The notes under the pieces are model-generated. The model was given only the letters and a program-made list of their open reading frames with translations. It did not search any database and was not told where the DNA came from. Positions 50,712 through 61,448 of a stretch of 64,000 bases of DNA are shown here, piece by piece. The stretch covers positions 8,776 through 72,775 of the forward strand of contig CAWUKV010000003.1 of NCBI GenBank assembly GCA_963923025.1, in the 5' to 3' direction. This DNA is from an uncultured bacterium. Lineage in GTDB: Bacteria > Cyanobacteriota > Cyanobacteriia > Phormidesmidales > Phormidesmidaceae. How positions within the stretch are numbered: position 1 is the first letter of the stretch; each line of letters begins with the position of its first letter. The position numbers and the translations under genes were made by a program.

Positions 50712-53582
50712 CTACTCTGAGGCATTCAGTGCTTCGAGCAACTGACCCAATTCCGCCTGAGCTTCGCCGTAGGCTTCCCAATCACCGGCTTGCAACGCAT
50801 CTTGACTCGCCTGATAGGCCTCAAGCGCAGCCTCGATCTGCTGAGTGCGTCCGGTTGTCGTCGGGGCAGCGGGTGCTGATGTTGCAGGAGCAGCGGGCTC
50901 TGGCGCAGATTCTGCGGGTGCTGGCGTTGGCGCTGGCGCCTGCGGCTGCTCAGCAGTATCACCAAAAATCTGGTTCAAAGCTTGTTCTAGCGTAGGCTCC
51001 ATCACGATGGTGTCGTCATAGGAGACAATCACCCGGCGCAGCTCGGGAATGCCGCCGTTGCGGCTCCCCCCTTCTCCGGCATCTCTAGCTTGTAAATAGA
51101 TAGGCTCTACGTACAGCAGCGACTGATCGACCGGAATCACCAGCAGGTCACCCCGAAAGACCTCTGACCCTTCCTGATTCCATAACGTCAGCTGCTGAGA
51201 GATCTCTGGGTCTTGGTCAATGCGAGTATCAATCTGCCTGGGGCCGAAGATCAGCGCCTGCCGAGAGAATTCGTAAAGCACCAGCTCCCCGTAGTTCTCG
51301 CCATCGCAGCGGGCCGCCATCCACGCCACCATGTTGTTCTTACCCACCGGGGTATAGGGCAGAATCAACAAGAACTCTTCGATATCGCTGCCGGGCAGCT
51401 TCATAATCACGTAGTACGGCTCCACCACCTCAGCGGTTTCCTCTCGCGAAACCTGGGTAGGAAAGGCCCAAAGGTCTTCCTGGTTGTAGAACACCTCGGG
51501 ACGCTGAATGTGATAGGCCAGGTACATCTGCGCCTGCACCTTGAATAGATTCAGCGGATAGCGGAAGTGTGCCTTGAGCTGGTCCGATGCTTCGTCCATC
51601 GGGGTCATCAGGCCAGGGAAAATCCGTTGATAGGAGGCCAGAATAGGGTCTTCGGCATCGGCCACATAGAGCGTCACCGCACCGTCGTAGGCATCGACGA
51701 CCACCTTTACTGCATCGCGAATGTAATTCGTCCCAGAGGCGGCAATGCTACGGATAGCGCCATCGAACTGAGCGCCCCCACTTTGACTCCGCTGAAGCGG
51801 CTGCGAATAGGGGTAGCGGTTGCTGGTGGTGTAGGCATCAATAATCCACTGCATGCGCCCGTCAATCAGGGCCAGGTAAGGGTCGCTGTCGAGCGACAGA
51901 AAGGGGGCCAGTTGAGAGACGCGATCGCGAATCGAGCGATGGTACTGAATGCGCGAATCCGGTGTCACATAGTTAGACAGCAGCAGCGGCATTGCCCCTA
52001 GGTCGTAGGCATAGGCCAGCCGTCGAGGGCCGTTCAGCGATACCCCCCCAGTACCCGTATACTCGTAGCTCGCGTTCTCATCCCCCAGCGGATAGTCAAA
52101 CTCAGGCTGACGGGTACCGGTAACGATGTAGTCGGACGTTTCTTCGCCGTAATAGATGCGCGGCTGGTCGATGGCAATATCCACGCTAGTTTGGGGCGGC
52201 AGGTCTTTGATCCAAAGCTGGGGCAGGCCGTCGCGCGTCACCTGATTGACCGGGCTCATGGCCAGACCGTAGCCGTGGGTGTAAATTAAATGCTGGTTAA
52301 CCCAGGTTTGCGCCGTTTCGGGTAGGGCACGGGTGCGCAGCTCTCTGGGAGAAAGCATCACCTGGCGATAGTCCCCATCTACCGTGTAGCGGTCGATGTC
52401 CACATCGCGAAAGCGGTAGTAGGGTCGCAGGGTTTGCAGGCTGCTGTAGGTGGTTTGCAGGGGCCGATAGTCCCACAGACGAATGTTGTCGAGGGTCGCC
52501 CGGTTATCGTCCAGCGACGCCTGCGTCAGTCCCGCCTCAACAGCAAAATCGTCCTCCTGCACCGTGTCTAGCCCGTAGGCTGCACGGGTAAAGGCAATAC
52601 TGTGTTCGATATAGGGCGTTTCTTTTTCCAGTTCGGTGGGCTCCACCACAAACGACTGCTGAAACCAGGGATAGACGCCTGCCAGCACCAGTGCGGCCAC
52701 AGCATAGACCCCAATCGCCGCCAACGGCAACGAAAAGCCGCCCCGCCGCACCGAGACCAGAAACAGGACTCCCACCACAACAGTGATGAAGCCCAGAATG
52801 CCATAGGCCGCCATTCGCGCATTCACATCGGTGTAGCCCGCGCCGTACACCACCCCCGTAGGCGAGTACAGCAGCTCGTAGCGAGCCACCCAAAATCCTA
52901 GGGCCGCGACGACTGATAGCAAAGCCAGTAACGCACAGAGGTGGGTTTTGACCTCACCGGTAAGAAAGTACTTCCAGCCCCGCTCTGGACGAATCTCTCC
53001 CTTCAGGGCATAGATGCTGACGGCAAAAATCAACGACCACACCAGCAGCTCAATCGCAGCGTTGCGCAAGCTTTCGTACAGGGGCAGTTGAAAGACATAG
53101 AAGCTGACATCCTGACCATACAGCGGGTCGGCAATGTCAAAAGGGACCGGATTGAGAAACTTGAGCACCGCCTCCCACTGGGCCACACCGCTTACGGCAG
53201 CACCAATGGCCAGCATCGTTATCAGCGTGAGGCTAATGCCCTTGACCATGCCAGGCAGGTAGGGATCCCACTCTCGGTTTTGGCTGACGGCCATCAGCCG
53301 GTGTCGCGTCAGGTACTGAGCAATCCGGTAGTTGGCATAGAGTACGCCCCACCAAACCAGAAAACTCAGGATCGCGATCGCACCCTGCCACCGCAGCCGA
53401 GTCCAAAACACCTGTCCATAGCCCACCGCCCCAAACCACCAGGACTCAGTCAGGACGTGGACTAGCGTCTCTGAAAATAGAAAAACGAGCAGAACAACCG
53501 CAAGAATGATCAGCCAGCGGGATCGAAAAGCGGTTTTGGTCATGGACATGAATCGACAGGAGAAGCCAGCAAGGCGTAGCAA
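50712..53582 (-). CDS. UPF0182 family membrane protein (paralog 2)
   Basis: 956 aa ORF with an N-terminal multi-transmembrane region, the motifs IIDAYTTSNRYPY and LLVIPVDQSLLYVEPIYL, and a Pro/Ala-rich C-terminal tail. About 50 percent identical to paralog 1 over the conserved domain. Confidence 0.85.
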   Translation of the reverse strand: MLRLAGFSCRFMSMTKTAFRSRWLIILAVVLLVFLFSETLVHVLTESWWFGAVGYGQVFWTRLRWQGAIAILSFLVWWGVLYANYRIAQYLTRHRLMAVSQNREWDPYLPGMVKGISLTLITMLAIGAAVSGVAQWEAVLKFLNPVPFDIADPLYGQDVSFYVFQLPLYESLRNAAIELLVWSLIFAVSIYALKGEIRPERGWKYFLTGEVKTHLCALLALLSVVAALGFWVARYELLYSPTGVVYGAGYTDVNARMAAYGILGFITVVVGVLFLVSVRRGGFSLPLAAIGVYAVAALVLAGVYPWFQQSFVVEPTELEKETPYIEHSIAFTRAAYGLDTVQEDDFAVEAGLTQASLDDNRATLDNIRLWDYRPLQTTYSSLQTLRPYYRFRDVDIDRYTVDGDYRQVMLSPRELRTRALPETAQTWVNQHLIYTHGYGLAMSPVNQVTRDGLPQLWIKDLPPQTSVDIAIDQPRIYYGEETSDYIVTGTRQPEFDYPLGDENASYEYTGTGGVSLNGPRRLAYAYDLGAMPLLLSNYVTPDSRIQYHRSIRDRVSQLAPFLSLDSDPYLALIDGRMQWIIDAYTTSNRYPYSQPLQRSQSGGAQFDGAIRSIAASGTNYIRDAVKVVVDAYDGAVTLYVADAEDPILASYQRIFPGLMTPMDEASDQLKAHFRYPLNLFKVQAQMYLAYHIQRPEVFYNQEDLWAFPTQVSREETAEVVEPYYVIMKLPGSDIEEFLLILPYTPVGKNNMVAWMAARCDGENYGELVLYEFSRQALIFGPRQIDTRIDQDPEISQQLTLWNQEGSEVFRGDLLVIPVDQSLLYVEPIYLQARDAGEGGSRNGGIPELRRVIVSYDDTIVMEPTLEQALNQIFGDTAEQPQAPAPTPAPAESAPEPAAPATSAPAAPTTTGRTQQIEAALEAYQASQDALQAGDWEAYGEAQAELGQLLEALNASE

Positions 53583-53679
53583 TGATTACAAAGCTTAGCG
53601 TTTTGTCGCAGCCGTCGAAGTCTTTGCCCTCTCCCTGCAAAGAACTGATACATCTGTCATTGGTATCTCTATTCTGTCA

Positions 53680-54477
53680 TTGATATCTCTATTAGGAGAA
53701 AGTCCAACGCGGTCAATGCTTCAGTCGTTCCAGGTCGATGCACTGCAGGTCGAGGTCTACGCCACCAAGGCCGAACTCGATGCAGCGGCATCAGACCATG
53801 TGATTCACACCCTCAAAGCCGCAACACTGCAAAGCCTTGCGGCGGTTGTCTTTGCCACGGGCAGTACACCGCTAGGGCTGCTACAGCACCTGCGGGACCG
53901 GCAGGCCGAAGTGGACTGGACTCAAGTTGTTGGTCTGCATTTAGATGAGTACTTGGGCATCAGCCCTACCCACCCGGCCAGCTTCCAACACTACCTGCGA
54001 GAACAGGTCGGGGCAGTACTGCCGTTTCATGCCTTCTATTACTTAAACAGCCAAGCCCTAGAACCGATTACCGAGTGCGATCGCTACACCAACCTCATCA
54101 AAACTCATGCCCCCGACCTGTGCATACTCGGCATCGGCAACAACGGCCACCTAGCCTTCAACGATCCTGCTGTGGCAAATCCCTACGACTCCCGCTGGGT
54201 CAAGCTCGTCCAGCTCGACGAAAAAAACCGACAGCAGCAGTTCCAGTCCGGCCATTTCTCGACCCTTGAACAGGTCCCACAGTATGCCTACACGCTGACG
54301 ATGCCCGCCATTTTTTCCACTGGGAAACGACTCTGCCTAGCCAAAGGCGAACGCAAAGCCGCCATCGTCCAGCAACTGCTACAGGGCTCTGTCAATACCG
54401 CCTGTCCCGCCAGCTTCCTGCGACACCAGCCCGGCACGCGCCTATTCCTCGATACCGCTGCCGCATCCGAGCTGTAA
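53680..54477 (+). CDS. glucosamine-6-phosphate deaminase / 6-phosphogluconolactonase family protein
   Basis: NagB/Pgl fold motifs (VFATGSTP, LGIGNNGHLAFNDP). Confidence 0.75.
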   Translation: MISLLGESPTRSMLQSFQVDALQVEVYATKAELDAAASDHVIHTLKAATLQSLAAVVFATGSTPLGLLQHLRDRQAEVDWTQVVGLHLDEYLGISPTHPASFQHYLREQVGAVLPFHAFYYLNSQALEPITECDRYTNLIKTHAPDLCILGIGNNGHLAFNDPAVANPYDSRWVKLVQLDEKNRQQQFQSGHFSTLEQVPQYAYTLTMPAIFSTGKRLCLAKGERKAAIVQQLLQGSVNTACPASFLRHQPGTRLFLDTAAASEL

Positions 54478-54578
54478 AAGCACCACGTCTTTGACCTGAA
54501 CAGTGCTGTCGCGATCGCAATACCTCCAACCCTAGAGCGACCCTTCTGCCTTTCCCCCTTCGCCTTTCCCCCTTCCCC

Positions 54579-56549
54579 TCACTCCGTTCCCGACATCCCT
54601 GCTAAATACGTGTATTGCCCCATACTCGTCTCGTAGTGCTGAAGCAGCAACCGCGCCTCATCAAGGGTAATCGTGTCCTCCTGCAATGCCGCCTCCGACC
54701 GCCGCCGAATTTGCTCGATCAGGTCTTCGGCGTCGTACTGCACATAGCTCAGCACCTCCTGCATGGTGTCACCCTTCACCACATGCTCTACTCGGTAGCC
54801 CCGGGGGGTGAGGTGAATGTGAACGGTATGGGTATCGCCAAACAGATTGTGCAAATTGCCCATCGTTTCCTGATACGCCCCGTTGAGGAACATTCCCAAG
54901 TAGTAGGGCTCACCGGGTATAAACGGGTGCAGCTCCAGGGCCGACTTTACGTCATGCAGGTCGATAAACTGATCAATTTTGCCGTCGCTATCACAGGTCA
55001 GGTCTGCCAGAATGCCTCGGCAGGTGGGCTCCTCGTCTAGCCGATGAATCGGCATGACGGGAAATAGCTGACCAATGGCCCAACTATCCGGCGCAGACTG
55101 AAATACAGAGAGATTGGCCATGTAGGTCAACGCCATAATCTGCTGCAAGCCTTCCAGATCGTCCGGCACGTAGTCCTCCTGACGGACAACATCCATAATC
55201 TTCTGGCAGCAGGCCCAAAACAGCGTCTCGATCTGGGCTCGTTCAGTCAGGCTCAGGTAGCCAAAGTTAAACAGGCTCGCCGCCTCCTCTTTGAACTGCT
55301 CCGCATCGTGAAATGCCTCCTGGTAGGACGCCAGGTCAATGGACTGGTAGGTCTCGTACAGCTCGCGCAAAATAGCGTGATCGCTGGTCGCTGGCGGCTC
55401 CGGCTGCGGCGACTGCACCCCACTCACGCCCAACACGTCAAACACCAAAACGGACTGGTGAGAGGCCAATGCCCGTCCGCTTTCACTCACCAGCGTTGGC
55501 ATCGGCAGTCCCCGCGATTGACAGGCTTCCTTGACCTCGGCCACAACATCGTTGGCATAATTTTGGGTGCTGTAGTTTTTGGAGGCATGAAAGTTCGTTT
55601 TTGAACCGTCGTAGTCCACCCCGAGACCGCCGCCCACATCCAGATACTGCATATTGGCCCCGAGCTTGGCCAGCTCCACATACACCTGACAGGCTTCGCG
55701 CAGCGCATCCTTGATCACGCCAATGGACGAAATCTGGGAGCCAATATGAAAGTGCAGCATTTGCAGACAGGGCAGCATGTCCGCCTGCTCTAGCCGCTGC
55801 ACCACCGTCAGAATTTCAGGAATGGTGAGGCCAAATTTAGCCCGGTCTCCCGCCGACCCACCCCACCGGCCCACACCCCGACTGTTCAGCTTCACCCGAA
55901 CACCCAAACAGGGCTGAATACCTAATCGGCGACTGGTCTCAATCACCAGGTCCACCTCATCCAGCTGCTCTAGGACCAGAATGGGCTGCTGCCCCAGCCG
56001 CTGCCCCAGCATGGCAGTTTCGATGTAGGCCTGGTCCTTGTAGCCGTTGCACACCAGCAACGCCCCCGGCGTATTCAACGTAGCCAGCGCAATCAGCAGT
56101 TCGGGCTTTGACCCGGCCTCCAGCCCAAACCGATGGGCTTGGCCAAACCGCACTAGATCTTCGACTAGATGCCGCTGCTGGTTGCACTTGATCGGGAAAA
56201 CGCCACGGTAGCTGCCCTCGTAACCATATCGAGCCATGGCCTTGGCAAAACAAGCCGTTAGCCGCTCCAGCCGGTCTTCCAGAATGTCAGAAAACCGAAT
56301 CAGCAGCGGCAAACTCAGGTTGCGCTGCTGAAGGGCCTGAACAAGTTTGAACAGGTCGAGTGAGCCGCCGCGATCGCCCTTGGGCGATACTGTCACATGT
56401 CCAGCTGCATTGATCGAAAAGTAAGGATCGCCCCAGCCCTCAATCCGATACAGCGCTTCGCTGTCCACCGTCGTCCAAGATCGCTGGATCAGCTTGGATG
56501 GAGGACGTTGGGTCCGTCCCCTAGGCCGAGACGAGGAGAGAGAAGTCAT
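54579..56549 (-). CDS. speA: biosynthetic arginine decarboxylase
   Basis: 656 aa ORF with the SpeA N-terminal region (YRIEGWGDPYFSIN) and a PLP-binding fold (FPIKCN). Confidence 0.9.
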   Translation of the reverse strand: MTSLSSSRPRGRTQRPPSKLIQRSWTTVDSEALYRIEGWGDPYFSINAAGHVTVSPKGDRGGSLDLFKLVQALQQRNLSLPLLIRFSDILEDRLERLTACFAKAMARYGYEGSYRGVFPIKCNQQRHLVEDLVRFGQAHRFGLEAGSKPELLIALATLNTPGALLVCNGYKDQAYIETAMLGQRLGQQPILVLEQLDEVDLVIETSRRLGIQPCLGVRVKLNSRGVGRWGGSAGDRAKFGLTIPEILTVVQRLEQADMLPCLQMLHFHIGSQISSIGVIKDALREACQVYVELAKLGANMQYLDVGGGLGVDYDGSKTNFHASKNYSTQNYANDVVAEVKEACQSRGLPMPTLVSESGRALASHQSVLVFDVLGVSGVQSPQPEPPATSDHAILRELYETYQSIDLASYQEAFHDAEQFKEEAASLFNFGYLSLTERAQIETLFWACCQKIMDVVRQEDYVPDDLEGLQQIMALTYMANLSVFQSAPDSWAIGQLFPVMPIHRLDEEPTCRGILADLTCDSDGKIDQFIDLHDVKSALELHPFIPGEPYYLGMFLNGAYQETMGNLHNLFGDTHTVHIHLTPRGYRVEHVVKGDTMQEVLSYVQYDAEDLIEQIRRRSEAALQEDTITLDEARLLLQHYETSMGQYTYLAGMSGTE

Positions 56550-57347
56550 AGGGTATGGTGTGGTGCAAGTTCGTCGGTTGTATTGCGCGCAACGCTGAAA
56601 GACGGTTGTACTGGGTAACGCAAATCAATTAACAAAGCCTCATCCTGCCATTTATCGAACAACCTTTAATCTGCTTCATCCCAAATTAATGAGGTCAATA
56701 TCAAGCAAATGGCAAAATTAAGCGGGAACCTTTACACTTACTAAAAGTCACTAAGCAATTTGACTGAGTTCAAAAGGCTAAACTGTGAGACATAAAGACG
56801 CATCTACCGTTAGATTACACACCGACCCATGAGTTTTTCCGGCTCCCCCACGCTCCAAACTCTGTAGAAGCCCCACTTGGGTTCGGTACGATTACAGGTG
56901 CTTTATGTCCGTCTTTTCGCTGAAATTGCTACTCTCTGTAGGCCTAGCTGGTTCAATATTAATAAGTCATTGGTGATGCAGTATCCAAATCGTGATGCTG
57001 TCGAACTCGACTTAGTAATCCACAAAGTGCCCACCCGCAATTTAGCAGTAGCAGAAGACAAGTATTAATCCAACGTCAATACTGTAGAACAAGCTAGCCC
57101 AATACAGACCATTGAGCAGCTTAAACATGCAACTTCGGTGATTTAAATCAGTTTGCTAAGTTTCGGACTTAGCTATTGTCTGTAACAATTCAGGTTGATT
57201 TGTTGCATCCGTTCCCGCGTTCTTCCGCGTTCCTTGACACGTTTTCTATTACTATCCTCGCTTCAGCTCATGCCTAAAATTGCTTTCGAATCTTATAAAG
57301 TAAACGGATATGCTGCTCAACCTGCAGTGTCGGAGGGGACTCAAAGA

Positions 57348-57932
57348 ATGACGCGCAGTACCTCATCGCTGGTAATTCCTTCACTGGCGATCAACTTACT
57401 TATTTTGCTGGTGGCTGTCATTGCCGCTGTCCTGTTTGGTCGCACCATTAATTTGGCGCAGTCGTCCGAAGTACTTCGCCAAACCTTGGTTGCACCGCCC
57501 CAGTGGCTGATTCTGGCAACGCTGCTGATTATTCCAGTCTGGTACCTGATTCTGGATGGTATGAGCACGATGGGAAATCGGTTACGGTTACCCTTTGCTG
57601 GGAGCCAACAGCGCGCCAAGCGCATCTATGCCGGTCGGGTCCACCTGGTTCTGCTAGCCTTCTACTTCAACGCTATTCTGGTAGCGCTGTGCTGGTCGGC
57701 AGCCGCAATGCCCTTGTTCTCAAAGCTGTTTTTGGCGGCAGTGTTCTCCATCGCCATCTACGCGCTCGGGCAAAGCGTACCGTCTACTCGACTCAGCTAC
57801 TTACTCTCCGGGGTTCTGTTCGTTGTGGTGCTGGTAACGACTCAGGCGTTCATCATCTACAAGATGCAGGCTGAGGCCGAGGCAACTGGCGAAGAACTCC
57901 GTGAGCAGTTCGAGCAGCCTGAAGATAACTAG
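57348..57932 (+). CDS. hypothetical membrane protein
   Basis: GGAGGGG lies 9 nt upstream of the ATG. The product is about 195 aa with 5 transmembrane helices and an acidic C-terminus. Confidence 0.5.
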   Translation: MTRSTSSLVIPSLAINLLILLVAVIAAVLFGRTINLAQSSEVLRQTLVAPPQWLILATLLIIPVWYLILDGMSTMGNRLRLPFAGSQQRAKRIYAGRVHLVLLAFYFNAILVALCWSAAAMPLFSKLFLAAVFSIAIYALGQSVPSTRLSYLLSGVLFVVVLVTTQAFIIYKMQAEAEATGEELREQFEQPEDN

Positions 57933-57966
57933 TCCGCTATCACAACACGCGACCACAACACGCAGA

Positions 57967-59547
57967 CTAGCTCAGCTGCACCACAGCCGCGTCGTCCATC
58001 AACGTCTCGCCGGTCAGCAGGTCATCCACAGTCAACCGCAAGAAGCGACTACCATCAACACAAAAACTTACCCGTACACGATCGCTCCCTGGAAATCCGG
58101 GGGGCGTTAGCGTTGCAATGCTGCGGGCGCTGTCGCTGTCATTGAGGGGTTTCACCGTTTGCGCACCGCGCCGCTGCCGGGTCACCAACTGGCCGTTTTC
58201 AAAGAAAATCTCGGTGTTGGTGTCCCCTTCGCCCAGTTCGCCAATCACCAGCTCAATGCTGGGTTGCTGGGCGACAGAGGCCCCTAACATCAGCTCCACT
58301 GGCTCCGCCATGGGGTAGGGCTGCCCCGTCGGAATAATGGCATGCCAGCCGTGACGGTTTTCGCGACGGTCCCAGTAGCGGATGCCGTAGCTGTGATAAA
58401 GAAAATCGTTTAGTTCAACCCCCTGTTGAAGCTGCAGTGCGCCTTCGGCAACGGCGGTAAAGGGGCGATCGAGTTTTACTTTACTGGAGTCGAATCGACC
58501 TTTGAGCCAATCCTGCACTGCCGGAATTTGGGCACTGCCCCCCACCAGCAGGACCGCGTCAATGTTGTCGGGCTCAATCCCACGGCGACGGGCCTGCTGT
58601 AGCACCTGATCGAGCCGGTTGTCCAACCGCTCAAACAGCCCTCGCTGAGTCAGGATGACATCAAACTGCTCACGGGATAGCGCCAGGTCATAACTGTCTA
58701 GGGTTTCGTCATCAAAGTAGCTCTCTTGGGCTGAGGAAGCTGACGATAGGCGAATTTTGAGACGTTCTACCAGCCGCAGGGTTAGCGGCGTAATGGGCAA
58801 CGCCTGGGCCTCAGTGAAGTGGTCGGCTAGCCAGTTGTCCAAGTCGGCCCCGCCCAGCGCTTCCCCAGCTTTGGCCAGCACCTGAGCCGTTTGCAACCGC
58901 TGAGACGACTGTAGGGGGACTTTCCCCCACTTCAGCACAAAGCCCAGGGGCTGACGCGATCGCGACCCGGTCAGCTGCACCAAAGAAAAATCTAGCGTGC
59001 CACCACCAAAATCAACCACCAAAACGGTTTCGTCACCCTGCAGCCCATAGCCCAAAGCCGCAGCGGTAGGCTCATCGAGCAGCCGCACCTGATTGATCGC
59101 CAGCGTTTGGCACACCTCCGCCAGCCAGCTGCGGTAGGTTTCAAAGCTGTCTACTGGCACCGTAAAGGTCAGCGAATCTAGGTCGGGCTCCTGCTGTCGG
59201 GCTTGGTCGATCAGCGCGGTCAAGAACCACTGGCCTATGGTTTCAAAGCTCAGCGCTTGCCCGTCTAGCGTCGGTAAAAACCCCTGCACAGTACTGCCGA
59301 TGCCACGCTTGAACTGCTGAAAGTAGCGGGGGTCTTCGCGCGTTAGCCCGCGATCGCGCACCGGTTGCCCCACAGTGACAGCCGCCGCTGCAGCATCGTC
59401 CACATAAACCAGGCTGGGTACCAGAGCAGGCTGGTCGCCTAGCTGCCAGCCCAGATCGCCCAGTGACAACACCTCGGGCTGTTGGGTTGCACGATTCCAC
59501 CGGGCAACGACGGTGTTACTCGTCCCAAAGTCAATTGCCAGTGTCAT
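57967..59547 (-). CDS. Hsp70-family (actin-fold ATPase) protein with non-canonical C-terminal domain
   Basis: N-terminus MTLAIDFGTSNTVVA, then DEPTAAALGYGL, VVDFGGGTLDFSL and LLVGGSAQIP. Confidence 0.8.
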   Translation of the reverse strand: MTLAIDFGTSNTVVARWNRATQQPEVLSLGDLGWQLGDQPALVPSLVYVDDAAAAAVTVGQPVRDRGLTREDPRYFQQFKRGIGSTVQGFLPTLDGQALSFETIGQWFLTALIDQARQQEPDLDSLTFTVPVDSFETYRSWLAEVCQTLAINQVRLLDEPTAAALGYGLQGDETVLVVDFGGGTLDFSLVQLTGSRSRQPLGFVLKWGKVPLQSSQRLQTAQVLAKAGEALGGADLDNWLADHFTEAQALPITPLTLRLVERLKIRLSSASSAQESYFDDETLDSYDLALSREQFDVILTQRGLFERLDNRLDQVLQQARRRGIEPDNIDAVLLVGGSAQIPAVQDWLKGRFDSSKVKLDRPFTAVAEGALQLQQGVELNDFLYHSYGIRYWDRRENRHGWHAIIPTGQPYPMAEPVELMLGASVAQQPSIELVIGELGEGDTNTEIFFENGQLVTRQRRGAQTVKPLNDSDSARSIATLTPPGFPGSDRVRVSFCVDGSRFLRLTVDDLLTGETLMDDAAVVQLS

Positions 59548-59573
59548 CTCTCAAATCCCTAATGTCGGGGTTT

Positions 59574-60167
59574 CTAGCTTTGGGGGATAGCGGCCATGCC
59601 AATTAGACCTCCTAGGAACAGCCCCGAAAAGCACACACCAGCCAGCATCAGGCTGCTACGACCACGACCGTGGAGACTAACCAGGCGATCTCCAGCACGG
59701 GCACTGACAAACGCACAGATAAACGTAAGAACGAACGTCCCGAGCGCCGAACCAGCAATAGTCGTAGCCGTTTGCTGTAGCGAGATGGCATCAATATCGT
59801 CAGGGCCCCCATAGCCGACCGCAATCCCTAGGGCCACCAGCAGCAAACCCGCACCCAAACAGCTCAACCGCACAGCCCACCAAGCTTTCGCACGCGACAG
59901 TAACTGTAGCGCCTGGGGTCCAGCTAAGGCCAAACACTGCATCAGCGTTCCAGCCAAGGCCATCGGCCAAACCCAGTAAGGGGGGTAAAAGGCCACTAGC
60001 AGCAAGCCGGAGATGGCATAGACCAGCATCGACAATACGAGGGCTCGCCAGGGCATCGCTAAAGTGCGCAAACGTCGCGGTGGGCGAGGCGGCGCAGCAT
60101 TCGGAGGTGGGGGTTGAGAATTCGCCATAACGAAGGTGTTGCCGAGACGGGCCATAGCTAGTGGCAA
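59574..60167 (-). CDS. hypothetical membrane protein
   Basis: 197 aa ORF with 4-5 transmembrane helices and a proline-rich N-terminus; the start is uncertain. Confidence 0.45.
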   Translation of the reverse strand: MPLAMARLGNTFVMANSQPPPPNAAPPRPPRRLRTLAMPWRALVLSMLVYAISGLLLVAFYPPYWVWPMALAGTLMQCLALAGPQALQLLSRAKAWWAVRLSCLGAGLLLVALGIAVGYGGPDDIDAISLQQTATTIAGSALGTFVLTFICAFVSARAGDRLVSLHGRGRSSLMLAGVCFSGLFLGGLIGMAAIPQS

Positions 60168-60238
60168 ACCCGCAGGTCACCAACCAGAAATCGTTTACGA
60201 GTATACCGGGCTGGGGGGCCCAGGACAGCGCCAGACAG

Positions 60239-60694
60239 CTAGGCTAGCGCAAACTCTCTCATGGCCGGGACGAAGTTACGATTTTCGTGACTGGGACGGC
60301 TGAGCTTGACGAGGGCGAAGCGCTGGGCTGTACTGAGCGACTGCCACTGTTGGTCCGACACCGACAGCTGGTGCGCCTGAGCCTTGACCTTGACCTGATC
60401 AGGCACCGTCGCCGATCGCCAGGGCGGCTGTGGGTCAATAGCCAGTAGCTTCGCAGGCTGACCCGTGTGAGCAACCACCCGCGATTGCAAATAATCTCGA
60501 TATGCCGATACCTGCTCGTGGGTATCGCAGGGCAAATCTACCAGCAACTGCCGTTCGGTCTGAGTGAACTGGTTCCAGTGAGCCAGCTTGAGCTTAACCC
60601 CACAGGTATCGAGCTTCAGCCGTACCGTCATTGGGATACACCGCAGCGATGCGACAAATTCGTCTTCAAAACTAAAAAAGGCAGAGGCTGTCAT
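60239..60694 (-). CDS. nitrate-reductase-associated protein family (tentative)
   Basis: 151 aa ORF; the N-terminus FFSFEDEFVASLRCIPMTVRLKLDTCGVKLKL resembles the TIGR02664-type family, judged from memory. Confidence 0.45.
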   Translation of the reverse strand: MTASAFFSFEDEFVASLRCIPMTVRLKLDTCGVKLKLAHWNQFTQTERQLLVDLPCDTHEQVSAYRDYLQSRVVAHTGQPAKLLAIDPQPPWRSATVPDQVKVKAQAHQLSVSDQQWQSLSTAQRFALVKLSRPSHENRNFVPAMREFALA

Positions 60695-60754
60695 GGCAGA
60701 GGTTAGGGAGCCAGCAAAGTCTGCCAGTCAGTGTAATCGTCAGCCCGTGTAATC

Positions 60755-60766
60755 GGAAGGCCTTCC
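60755..60766. promoter_or_regulatory. perfect 12 bp palindrome GGAAGGCCTTCC in a divergent intergenic region
   Basis: Seen directly; adjacent direct repeats lie at 60808-60850. Confidence 0.3.
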
Positions 60767-61171
60767 AAACAGCCCAACCTATCGGTTGGGCGTACGAGCT
60801 GTGCCCTTGCGCCGTGCTCTTGAAATTGGCCCACGCTCTTGAGATTGGGCCCACAGGCGTCAGCGATTCAAGCCGATCCACAGCCGCACCGCTGTCACCA
60901 AAATCCGACGTTCAAAATGTTTCACTATGTAAACCAAACCCCTGTCAATACATGGACTAGAGGCAATTCAACTTGACGTCACTAATGACTTACGCGACAC
61001 TACAGAAAGCCTGAGTAATCGCTTCTATTAAAGCTTCTGTTTGTAAATCTATCTTTAGAAATGTCCTGAAGCTGAGGTTTTTCCTTGGTTTATCTGGTGC
61101 ATTTTGGTTAGAGAAACGGCGCTTATGAGTTGCGATCTCATTTGGTTCAGTTCAAGGAGTCTGCGGCCTAC

Positions 61172-61393
61172 ATGGAAACCTTAGAGTTTGTGATCTACCC
61201 CGACGGTCGAGTCAAAGAGCTGGTGACCGGTATTGTGGGCACATCCTGCGCTGAGGTTACGGCCGCTATTGAGGCCCAGTTAGGCGACGTCACAACCCAG
61301 CAGAAAACATCTGAGTTCTTTGCTCAGCCTGTTCAGAACTCAACAACTGTTCAGAACTCAGCAACGTCACAGTCGACCTACACCAGTTGGTAG
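61172..61393 (+). CDS. DUF2997 family protein
   Basis: METLEFVIYPDGRVKELVTGIVGTSCAEVTAAIEAQLG matches the DUF2997 N-terminal pattern. It pairs with ycf35 downstream. Confidence 0.6.
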   Translation: METLEFVIYPDGRVKELVTGIVGTSCAEVTAAIEAQLGDVTTQQKTSEFFAQPVQNSTTVQNSATSQSTYTSW

Positions 61394-61448
61394 CCCCATA
61401 CCAGTTGGTAGCCCTATATCAGTTGGTAGCCCCATACCAGTTGGTAGC
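61383..61448. repeat. 18 bp tandem repeat x3.7 (ccagttggtagccccata) spanning the stop of the DUF2997 gene
   Basis: Seen directly; each unit contains TGGTAG. Confidence 0.85.
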
